NCBI RefSeq assembly: GCF_000400465.1
Contig: NW_008806289.1
Location: 60,001 to 92,000 of the forward strand
Length of the DNA stretch: 32,000 nucleotides
DNA from: Wallemia ichthyophaga EXF-994
Taxonomy: Eukaryota > Fungi > Basidiomycota
Direction of reading: 5' to 3'
Shown here: in pieces, positions 9,170 through 19,517 of the stretch
How positions within the stretch are numbered: position 1 is the first letter of the stretch
Layout of the letters: the number at the start of each line of letters is the position of its first letter
Position numbers and translations under genes: made by a program
Notes under the pieces: generated by a model
The model's input: the letters and a program-made list of their open reading frames with translations, nothing else
Database searches by the model: none
Told to the model about the DNA's origin: nothing

Positions 9170-11348
9170 ATGTCGTTGCGAGATCGCCAGAGGAAGAATA
9201 TTGAAAATATTTTGAATTTCAACGATAATAAGAAAACGAGTGATTTAGTGTGGAAGGTGTTGGTGCTTGATGGCGTATCTAAGGATGTCCTCAGCACCGC
9301 CGTTAAAGTACAGGATCTTAGGGAACAGGGCGTGACACTACATGCGTGAGGATTCACTTATAACACATACACGCACGCTCACAGTGTCCAGATTCCTCCA
9401 CAACGAAAGACCTCAAATGAGTGATGTTCCTGCCATTTACTTTGTAGAGCCATCGGTGGATAACATGAAGCGTATCGCTGCAGATGTCGGCAACTCGCTC
9501 TACGAATCATTCTACATCAATTTCACGTCACATATACCCAAACATCTTCTTGAGCAACTCGCCAGCTCAATCGCCCAAACGGGGAGAGAGGATTTAGTAA
9601 AGCAGGTTTATGATCAATACTTAGACTACGTAGTTTTATCACCCACTCTATTCTCTCTTCTCCCTTCCTCTTCCACACCTTCGTTTCAGATTCTCAACCA
9701 TCCGTCTTCCTCAGAGGAGATTATAGAAGCGGAAGTCGACAGGATTTCGCAGAGCTTGTTCAGCGTTCTCGGTACTGTTGGGTCTGTACCCATTATCAGA
9801 TGTCCGCGCGGTAATGCGTCGGAAATGGTAGCCCGTAAGCTAGATGAACGTTTGAGGGATCATCTCCTCTCTACGCGCAATTCTAGTCTTTTCAATGAAG
9901 ATAGATCTCTTCAGAGACCCCTGCTTATTCTGTTCGATAGGACCCTCGATCTCATACCAATGTTCTCGCACAGCTGGACATACCAGGCACTTATTGGTGA
10001 TGTACTCGACCTGAAGCTCAACAGAGTCAAAGTAGAGACGCCAGAAAATGGAAAATTGTCGAAAAAGTCATACGATCTCGACTATAAGGATTTTTTCTGG
10101 TCTAAAAATGCTCCAAACCCTTTCCCACAAGTCGCAGAGGAGATCGACGCTGAGCTTACCAAGTACAAATATGACGCAAGTGAGATTACCAAGTCGACTG
10201 GAGTATCTGATGTGAAAGATATTAGTCAAGTGTGGGTTGCTCAATATAGGTGAAACTGTGGTCTGACGTACGTACTATAGCGACTTTTCTTCAAATGCTG
10301 CTAATCTTAAGAGCGCTATCACCGCCTTACCGGAGTTGACTGCGAGGAAGACTACGTTGGACTCGCATATGAATATCGCTACATCATTGCTCACTGCTAT
10401 CAAGACTAGAGGGCTCGATACCCTTTTCCAGACTGAGGAAGTTGCAGCCAGACAGGTGAGGGCGTTTTATTGACCAAATTGTCATCTGAACTTTACACAA
10501 TCAGTCTAAAAATCAAATCCTTGACGTATTGAAAGAAGTCGATGGGGCTACTCCTGATGATAAACTTAGATTGATTATCATTTGGTATCTTTCAGTTCCT
10601 TCTCCTAATTCGGCTGATGTTGCTGAGTTGGAGAGGTACTTGGCTGATAAGGGTATCGATTTGAAACCATTTTCTTATATTAAGCAGTGGGTTGGAGGTT
10701 TTACGAAATTTATCTCTTACAAGATGAAATAGAGCTCGCCAAGTGAGCAGAATGACTTCACTTACTGCTGCTGCGTCGACCGTTGCTGCTGCTCCTACTA
10801 ATGGTGGTAGTGATTTATTTAAAGGATTTAGTTCGATAAGTAACAGAGTAGGTAGAATTTTGATAAATGGTCAACAACTAACATTTCATAGCTCACCGAC
10901 AGATTGCGTGAAGGTGGTGTAGGATTTGACAATATACTCTCAGGAGTAAAAAACTTCCTTCCAGCCAAGAGTAGGTCGATTATTGGTGGGATTGATATCC
11001 ACTTACTTTGTTTTCACAGAGGAGCTGGCTATCACAAGACTGACAGAGGCACTTATGGACCCGTACAACTGCTCATCACAAGCTAGTCAGGACGTAGACG
11101 ATTACCTCTATTTCGATCCAAAGCAGTCGAGGTCGACATATGGGCAGAAACCAAGACAGCAGGGTGGCCACAAGCAGAGCTTCGATGAGTCGTTGGTATT
11201 TGTCGTTGGTGGTGCTTCTCTGGTGGAACATGCCAACCTTGTGGAGTGGGCGACGCGCCCTCAACAAACGCAAAAGAAGGTAACTTATGGTGGAACAGAT
11301 ATAAGCTCACCCAAGGAGTTTGTTGGTGTATTATCAAATTTATCATAA
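9170..11348 (+). CDS. SLY1: Sec1/Munc18-family protein Sly1 (ER-Golgi), multi-exon
   Basis: MSLRDRQ...VWKVLVLD...[71 protein letters not shown]. Stop at 11346-11348. Confidence 0.93.
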
Positions 11349-11396
11349 GGAATTATGTATATATCTATATAAACTGAGGCAAAGGAAATAAGGCAA

Positions 11397-12290
11397 TCAA
11401 GTACCGAAACCAGCCCATTCTAAGGAAATATAATCGACTTTGTTAGTCTTGTCGTTGTAAGAAGCTAGAAGGTGAACTTTTTTAACAGTAGTGCCTAAAC
11501 GACCCAAAGCGACAATGTCGATGGGCTTAATTGAGGAGGACATGCTTTCTAAGACGGTGACAGTGAAATGACTGTGATAACGAAGAGGATCACCGGGATA
11601 AACGAGTAAATGACCACCGAAACGAATACCATCACCCATGAACATACCTCTTTGCCAGAGATCTTTGAAAACTCTGCACTTGTTTAGTTCAAGGGGTGTT
11701 TCTGGGTATGTCCAAACATTTGCACTTCTAGCGCTATCTAAGTCAGAGTAGATTAGATTATCGTTATCGAACGTGTATTCTGAAGTAGCGGGTACTGTGA
11801 TAGTAAAAGTATTTGGTAACCTCGATTTCTTCTCATCAACTGGAATTGGTGAAGACTGAGTGAAAGTTGAATCTGTCTCAAACATGAAACCAGCTTTAGA
11901 TTTAGCAGCAGCTCTCTCTTCTCTCTTCTGTTGACGCCTTTGGACATCTTTATCAGAAAGCACTGGCTCTTTGGAATTCCTAGCCTTTGTCTCTTGTGCT
12001 TCCAGTTCAATTTGATGAAGTTTGTGTTGGTGATAGTGATTGATCTCATCATTAGTAGGCAATCTAGCATCATTTAAATCCACAAACTGAGCCACGCCTT
12101 GCTCAACCAATACCCAGGCTTCTTCTGGTAGTAAAAGCAGTGGTGGCCCAAGGAATACATTCTGCTGCTGTATCCCTGGCAGTGTGCCTACAAGTATTCC
12201 TGATATATGGTACTCCACTCTAAGCCTAGCAATATCCCATACATTCCAAATATACGCTCGTTTGTTCGAAACCCCAATCTTTATTTTCAT
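11397..12290 (-). CDS. SEN34: tRNA-splicing endonuclease catalytic subunit Sen34 (297 aa)
   Basis: GILVGTLP..QQNVFLG.PLLLLPEE, FGGHLLVYPGDPLRYHSH and RLGTTVKK, with the catalytic Y/H/K triad present. Intronless, ATG at 12290. Confidence 0.93.
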   Translation of the reverse strand: MKIKIGVSNKRAYIWNVWDIARLRVEYHISGILVGTLPGIQQQNVFLGPPLLLLPEEAWVLVEQGVAQFVDLNDARLPTNDEINHYHQHKLHQIELEAQETKARNSKEPVLSDKDVQRRQQKREERAAAKSKAGFMFETDSTFTQSSPIPVDEKKSRLPNTFTITVPATSEYTFDNDNLIYSDLDSARSANVWTYPETPLELNKCRVFKDLWQRGMFMGDGIRFGGHLLVYPGDPLRYHSHFTVTVLESMSSSIKPIDIVALGRLGTTVKKVHLLASYNDKTNKVDYISLEWAGFGT

Positions 12291-12310
12291 CGTTTTGAAC
12301 AACAACGACC

Positions 12311-14470
12311 ATGAAAATTATTGATAAAATTAGCCAGTCACGGGAGTCTAATGAGCCGTTCTTCAGCCTTGAGTTGTGTGTTCAGTCATTCCATTTCTAT
12401 TCTCTTTCTCACTCCAGCTCAGCTTCCCTCCGAAAACTGAGCAGGTTCGTTGGCGTGTACTCGAAAAATCCCCTCTAATTCCTTAAAAGGGCTTCGTTAA
12501 CCTTAAATCTCGTCTTCAACGACTCTCTCTCCTCAATCCTGGCTTCATTTCCGTCACTTGGGGCGCCGGTGGCAGTACTGACGAGCGATCCCTCGAATTA
12601 GCCGCAACCGCTCGATCCTTAGGCTTAGATGTTCTCTTGCACCTCACTTGCACTAATATGCACAAAACTCGCATCGATTCCGCTCTCGATAGAGCCAAAC
12701 AGCTCGGAATTGATAACATTCTCGCCCTTAGAGGTGACCCTCCACGAGGCCATGAGTATTGGATTGAGACTGATGCAGCTTTCCGCCATTCCTCAGACCT
12801 CGTTCATTACATCAGACAAAGACACGGCGATTCGTTTTGTATCGGTGTAGCTGCTTATCCAGAGTGTCATAAAGACTCCTCCAGCGCTGCACAGGATCTC
12901 AATTATCTCAAACTCAAACAAGATCTAGGCGCTGATTTCATCATCACTCAACTCTTCTACGATAGCGATGCTTTCCTCAATTGGCTTGACAAGTGCGCGA
13001 CGAATGGTATCGAAATCCCAATCATACCCGGTATTATGCCTATACAAAACGTACCAAGTTTGCGCAGATTGGCTAACCTCTGTGGCGCGCATATCCCATC
13101 TGTAATCTCGGATCACTTGGAACCTATCAAGGTGCGTGCTGTAATACTAAAGTATTCATTTAGCAGCTAACACATACAAAGAATGACGATGCTTTGGTTA
13201 AGGATTACGGTGTTGAGCTGTCGACATCGATGGTGCGCCAACTGATCGATAAAACTAACAGCGAGAAAGATAAATACCGTCATTTGAGTCTACACGCCAC
13301 ACATTTCTGCACTCTTAATCTTGAAAAGAGTGTGAGGAGAATACTAGCCAATCTTGGTTGGTCCGCTGGACTCGACTCTTCTAGTTTAGAACCTAACGGT
13401 CTCACAAACAAGAATTCTGATGCCTTGGAACGGGCACGCCTCGGAAACAGACTGGTAGCAGAGGTGAGTTGGTCGTGGCAACCTATTTCTTAATGACAAA
13501 GTGATAAACTGACAAAAATCAAGAATGGCAGCACAGGTCACGATACATCGGGAGCTCCACCACAACTGAGCATAACAGCTCATGAAGCAGCAGTGAGGGC
13601 GCTGCACGCACTTAAACACCATCCACCATCTGAAGACTCAGGTTTGCCGTCTTCCAACAAGACATCATCTGGTGGTAATAGTCTATGGGACGAATTTCCA
13701 AATGGTCGTTATGGTGATATCAGATCACCGGCTTATGGTGAATTAGATGGATGGGGTGCATCACTCAAAACGTCCTCCCAAAACGCTCTCAGACAGTGGG
13801 GTTATCCACTACAAACAAGTGATATTAATGAAATATTCAAGAAATACATCAATGGCGATATATCATGTCTGCCTTGGTTTGAGGAGAATCTCGATCCCGA
13901 GTCAAACTCTATCAAAGATTATTTGTTCAAATTGGCAGAAAAGGGTTGGTGGACCGTCGGTTCACAGCCTGCTGTCGATGCTATTGAATCTAGTGATGCT
14001 GTTTTTGGGTTTGGACCTAAGAATGGATGGATCTTCCAAAAAGCTTTCGTCGAATTTTGGGTACCTGACCATCAACTCGAACCGCTCTGTAAGAGATTGG
14101 ATGGCTGGAAAGATGGTGGTTATTATGCAGGTAATGCCAAGGGAGAAATGAGAAGTAATTTTTATGAGGATACCATCAATGCTGTCACTTGGGGTATCTT
14201 TCCAGGTCAAGAAGTAGTCCAAACGACGATAATTGAAGATGTTTCATTCAACGCATGGAGGGTGGGTTATGATATATTGTAAAGATCTCAGCTGAAGATT
14301 TTCTGCAGGAGGAAGCATTCGACATTTGGCTTGAATGGTCAATGCTCTACAGCCCCAAGAGCGCAAGCCAACAGCTAATGAAGAATGTACATGATAATTA
14401 CTGGCTGGTGAGTGTCGTGCATCACGACTACAAGGATACATATGGATTATGGGATTTCTTGCTATCATAA
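12311..14470 (+). CDS. MET12: Methylenetetrahydrofolate reductase (Met12-like), multi-exon including a 22-nt exon (12423-12444)
   Basis: MKIIDKI...SLEFFPPKT, VTWGAGG, HLTCTN, LALRGDPP, ITQLFYD, PGIMPIQ; regulatory domain WDEFPNGRYGD..SPAYGE, FQKAFVEF, AVTWGIFPG.E. MTHFR identity is firm; the Met12 versus Met13 subtype is less certain. Confidence 0.88.
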
Positions 14471-14537
14471 AGATAATATTGTAACAATAAATAGAACAAC
14501 TTTGGTAATTATGTAACGCAAAAGTGCAGTGTGTTTA

Positions 14538-16884
14538 CTAGCTGCTGTACTGATTTTCAATAATCTCTCCAACTAAGGTGGCAGATTTCGGTTCTATGTC
14601 TTGAGCGATAGCGAAATGCCTAGCGGCACCAGCAGCGTTACCGAGACGGCGATAGACACGACCGAGGAGGAGATGAACGTTGACTTCATCAGGTGCTGCA
14701 TCCTTCAAGAAGAGGAGATCAGGGAGTGCTAGCTGAGGGTGATTTTAATTATGATACTTTTAGTAGCAGCAACACTACACACCTGGAACTTGTTCATCAA
14801 AAAGAGTATATGAGCGCGTTTGTATCTCGCCAGAGCGCTATTCTCTTGTAGCTTGCAAGCCTTATTATAAGCGTGATATGCGGCATCAAGAAGATCAATT
14901 CTGTCTCTATCAGCGATCCCTTTCTCAATAGCGGATCCCACTGAGCAGAGGAGAACGACATTTGAGGGGTTAATATCGGTAGCTTTCTTGAAGTGGTATT
15001 CCGATAGCGTCGTCTTGCCTTGGTTGAGATAGACGATACCTAAGCCATACCAAGCGTTATACATGCGTCTATCGATGCGTATAGCAGTCTGGAACCACTG
15101 TGCAGCATTATCCCACTCCTCTTTAGCAATGCATTCGTGTCCGGCGAGTACATTACTGTATGCGGAGAGGGGTGCTACTGCAGCAGCGCGAGTGAAAGCG
15201 ACGAGAGCATCAGCGTGTTCATTCGATAATGACAGTGCATTCCCGAGAGCGATCCACGACTGACACGATTTCTTATCGACACGGACGAGATCGTGCGCCA
15301 GAAAAGCGAGCGACGTAGGCCGGTTAAGATGCCACAGCACCGTCGAGTAGATATCCATATCCTCACTTCTATGCGGAGCTAGTGCGCGCGCCGCTGCGAA
15401 TGCCCGCTCGGACTGTTGTGAGTGGTGAGTGGCAAGTAGTAATAAACGCACGTTTCACACACCTTAATGTAGTCAGCACATTCAAAATACGCCCGGCCCA
15501 GCCAGCATAGAGTCGTGGGTGTGCGCGCGGGCCCGCTACCGACGTGTGTGCCGTATGCACCCGCACCAAGATCAGGACCGAGAAGCGCATTCAGCGTTGA
15601 TATCGCCTCGTGGCTACGGTAAGCACCTAGTGCCGCGCGCGCAGTCGCGAGCGTACGTAATAGCTCGTTTAGCTGCTCCTCCCCCTCCCTCGCATTCTCG
15701 CCTGCTTGTTTGGTAGTGTTGCTTACGCCGTTACTGTCGCCATTGCTCTGGCTTTGGCTCTGACTCTGACTCTGGCTAGAGTGCCCAGTCGCACGCGACA
15801 TCTTGCTCGCAGCTAATGGTGATGGCTTCTTCCGCTTGTCGCGCGCGGGCGGCTGTAATTGGTGAGATACTCACATCGCTCGGCAACCCCATGACTAACC
15901 TTGGATATACCAACTTTGGAGGTAAAGTTGGCTAGTCTGTTACTTCGTCTCGCCTGTGCTAGTGTGTCGGGTGTTTGTTTGGCTGGCTGTGTAGTTGGGT
16001 GAGTGATTATGCGTCGTTGCAACTAGCACGCTCCCACCTTCTTTGTTATGGGTCTGAGACTTGATTGGAGGAGACTTTGCTTTTGGGTGGCACGTGGACG
16101 CTTTGGGAGAACTGATGGGGGGAGAGCGAAGCTGTCGTCGTCAGTGAAAGTGTTGTTCTGAGTGCTGGGTGGAGTTAGTGAGTAGAAAGAGATGAATCAC
16201 AACGAACATTGGATTGGTAGGGGTGTCGATGGATAACGTAGGTGGACGAAATTTGGCTACTGGGCGAGGAGCCATATCCGGAGTGAAGAGGCCGACGTCG
16301 GAAAATGAGGTAGAGTGCCGCAGAGAGGGTTGTTGGTAAGGTTGTGAGGGTACTTGTGAGGGATTTGATAATAGAAGAGTTGGATTTGGATTAGCTCCCA
16401 ACGCGCAAAGAGCATCAAAAGCCTCCCAAAGAGAATGATCAAGGGAGAGAGCTTGATTGAAGTAATCAATAGCGGACTTGTGGTTGTTTGTAGATTTAGC
16501 GATTCTGCCTAACCTACAGGCAGTAGCAGCGGTAGAAGAAGCAGTACCAATGGATAGAGAAGGAGAGAGAAGAAGCGTGTTTCGATCAAGTAAGGCGTGT
16601 GCTTGCTTAGCAGCTTTCATAGCGTCCAAGTGAATATTTAGTTTTTCTGAAACCTCAGCGAGGAGTAACCAAGACTTAACGTCGTGTTGGATTTCATCGT
16701 AGTTTTCGATGAGAAGGTCGTAGCATTCGATGAATCTGGAAGAGTTGAGTAGAGTGAAAGCCAAAGAGTAGATTGAGGTCGTGGATTTGTTGATTGAGTA
16801 GAGTAGACTAGAGTAGAAATAGGCTGATTCGATGAGTGAGTGGCTACACGTGTATTCTATAAGGTTGATTAAATTTTCAATCAT
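14538..16884 (-). CDS. CDC27: Anaphase-promoting complex TPR subunit Cdc27/APC3, multi-exon
   Basis: N-terminal ANAPC3-like helices, then LWEAF..LC.LG, a low-complexity linker, DMDIYSTVLWHL, SWIALGN..SL..EH, YNAWYGLG, and last exon PDEVNVHLLLGRVY...AQDIEPK ending TAG at 14538-14540. Confidence 0.92.
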
Positions 16885-16916
16885 TATCAAATTAAGACAA
16901 AGTGAAAAGAAATAAA

Positions 16917-16922
16917 ACGCGT
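16917..16922. promoter_or_regulatory. MCB element (ACGCGT) 33 bp upstream of the CDC27 ATG
   Basis: AAAACGCGTG read directly in the CDC27/HRR25 divergent promoter. Function is inferred. Confidence 0.4.
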
Positions 16923-17189
16923 GAATTTGATTGAGTGATGGTGGAATGGGTTAAGGGTGAGATAGTGAGATGGAAAGCGGATAGACAAGGTGAGTGAATG
17001 AGGTAGATGTATATAAAGAGCCAGACGAAATTAAATTAAAATAATTTTATTCCAATTTTAATTTAAATTACTTTCTAGTGGTGTGGATTATCCCGCCGTC
17101 ATCGAGCCTTGTTTAGTCTCTACAAGGTTTGAGACGTAAGTTGGGAATAAAAATAAAAAAATCTAAATTCTAAATATCTTGATAGAATC

Positions 17190-18515
17190 ATGGATAGCAA
17201 TATTCTCAGTATGGACCTCCGCGTTGGCGGTAAGTATAGAATTGGTAAGAAAATAGGTTCAGGTTCATTTGGTGGGTGTTTATTAGGCTGATTATAATTT
17301 CCCTATCTAAGTTACGTCAAAGGTGATATCTATCTTGGTGTTAATATCATCTCTGGTGAAGAGGTGGCTATCAAATTAGAATCCATCAAGGCAAAGCACC
17401 CACAGCTTGAGTATGAGGTGGGTTTGGTGTGCTTTATAGGCATTTACACATGTCTGATTACAACCAATCACAGGCGAAAGTATACAAAACTCTTGCTGGC
17501 GGTGTTGGTGTCCCTTTCGTACGTTGGTTTGGTAGAGAATGCGATTACAATGCAATGGTTAGTTGGAATTATCCCAATCAATTTCAAGTTCCCCTAACAC
17601 ATCTCTATCAAGGTCATTGACCTCCTCGGTCCCTCCCTTGAAGACCTTTTCAACTTCTGTAATCGCCGTTTCACCTTGAAAACCGTTTTACTCCTCGCAG
17701 ATCAACTAATTTCACGCATTGAATACATTCACAGCGTGAGTTTAATCTTACTCCTCCTACTCAACTCTCTTACCTTGAATTAAAAGCGCAATTTCATCCA
17801 CCGTGACATCAAACCTGATAATTTTCTTATGGGCATCGCTAAAAGAGGAAACCAAGTTAACATCATCGATTTCGGTTTAGCTAAGAAGTATAGAGACCCA
17901 AAAACTCATTTACACATACCTTATCGTGAGAATAAGAACCTCACTGGTACTGCACGTTACACTTCCATCAATACTCACTTGGGCGTAGAGCAATCTAGAC
18001 GTGATGATCTAGAATCCTTAGGGTACGTTTTCATGTACTTCTTACGTGGTCAATTACCTTGGCAAGGTCTCAAAGCTACCACAAAGAAGCAAAAATATGA
18101 TAGAATTATGGAGAAAAAGATGGTTAGCTCAACTGAAGTTTTATGTCGCGGTTTCCCTCATGAGTTTGCTATCTACCTCAATTACACTAGATCTTTACGG
18201 TTCGACGATAAGCCTGATTACTCTTACTTGAGAAGGTTATTCAGAGACTTATTCATTAGGCAAGGCTTCCAATACGATTATGTTTTCGATTGGTCTGTTC
18301 AACAGAGATACGATGATAGACGTAAACAAGCTCCTGAAGAGGCTACCACTCAAGCTGCCACAGGTGCTCAAACTCCTGCTGCTGCTGCAGCTAACCCCTC
18401 AGCTCAACCCGCTGTTAAACAATCTGACAGAGTTTTGAGATCATCAACTCGTCATGCAGATGGTCAGCCACAACCACAAGCAGGACCTTCTGGATCTAGA
18501 CAAGCATGGTATTAA
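17190..18515 (+). CDS. HRR25: Casein kinase I (Hrr25/Hhp1, CK1 delta/epsilon type), multi-exon
   Basis: [55 protein letters not shown]. No C-terminal CC palmitoylation motif. In-frame ATGs at 17190 and 17211; TATATAAA at 17010-17017. Confidence 0.95.
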
Positions 18516-18760
18516 ATTCATTACTCTGAACAATCCAATTTCAACACTTGAACAAATCTATCTACTCACTTGACTCTTCAATAATCAAACTTCAACGCTG
18601 TTTAGGCTCTCTATTTACTCTTGACTTTGTTATATCAAGCTTCTTCCAATTCATAGTAGTTTATAACTTTAATAGTGGTGTGCTGTGGGAGTATTTGTGT
18701 GTTGCGTGTGCTGTGCGTGTGTGTTGAACTACACACACCTCCTTCTCAACAACCATCATC

Positions 18761-19119
18761 ATGTTTGGTTTAGCAAGTCAGTAGCTGATTTATTTCAACC
18801 GCTTCAATTAACGCGCTCCAAGAACTCACGCATTACGCATTCGATGCTGTGCTCATCTCAATCGTCCTAGCAGGCGTGAAAAGATCGACTGGGTTAACGT
18901 GAGTACATATTTTACACCAAATAATTTACTTAGGCAAACCAAGACTGGCTTTGAAGAGGGTGAAGAATAAGGATGCCAGAGGTGAGTACTGTCTCCGCTC
19001 ACTTGATATCTCACAATCCAGCAGGCATTATCAAATCCTGGCTGAATATTGGAGAGTATTGCTTCGACGCTGCTGTGATCATGATGCAGCGATCAAATTC
19101 ATTCATAAGAGATGCTTAA
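18761..19119 (+). CDS. ATG44: Mitofissin Atg44 (DUF1748/PF08520-like) microprotein, about 74 aa, 4 exons, absent from the ORF track
   Basis: Exons 18761-18776, 18823-18898, 18944-18981 and 19022(or 19025)-19119 splice to MFGLAKLTHYAFDAVLISIVLAGVKRSTGLTLALKRVKNKDAR(A)GIIKSWLNIGEYCFDAAVIMMQRSNSFIRDA. This matches the family pattern H..D.VL.S..LAG.KR.TGL...YLN.GE...D. Confidence 0.85.
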
Positions 19120-19334
19120 GAGCATTTACAGCGGATCAAATCCATTTAAGTTATCTTGTACTTGTAATTCTCGTGTATCAATCTACTTTCTATTTTCGTT
19201 TGCTACGCTTGAGAATCATGTAATGTTTGTACGTCTATTCACAGCCAAAAGAGACTAAATTTGTTTACAAAATGGGTATTATATTGATATTAAATACTCA
19301 AAACACCATATCCATCTTTCAAATTTCTAATCAC

Positions 19335-19412
19335 ACGCGTTCCCAGTTGTGCTTGTGAATCGATACGGCGCAGTGGCGACGGAGCTGCAGTTGCAGATCA
19401 AATAGCGCGTTT
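19335..19412. promoter_or_regulatory. MCB-like elements upstream of RAD54 (ACGCGT at 19335-19340; GCGCGTTT at about 19405-19412)
   Basis: Motifs read directly, about 110-180 bp upstream of the ATG at 19518. MBF control of recombination genes is established in yeasts. Confidence 0.45.
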
Positions 19413-19517
19413 TACATGAGAATAATCACATATATTCATCTCCAGCAACGCCTTGGCTCTTGTCTTGCTATTACGCCCACATTCCTCCTTCTTATCAACC
19501 ATCATTTTCTCATCTCA

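Noticed and set aside
3894-11348. Rab5 + delta-COP + Sly1 as a trafficking gene cluster
   Set aside because: They act at different steps (endosome, COPI coat, ER-Golgi fusion) and are interspersed with unrelated genes. Trafficking genes are common enough for chance proximity.
18899-18972. 35-nt intron (acceptor at 18933) for ATG44 intron 2
   Set aside because: It gives an in-frame stop after 12 codons and is shorter than any other intron here. The acceptor at 18943 (45 nt) restores the family-like reading frame.
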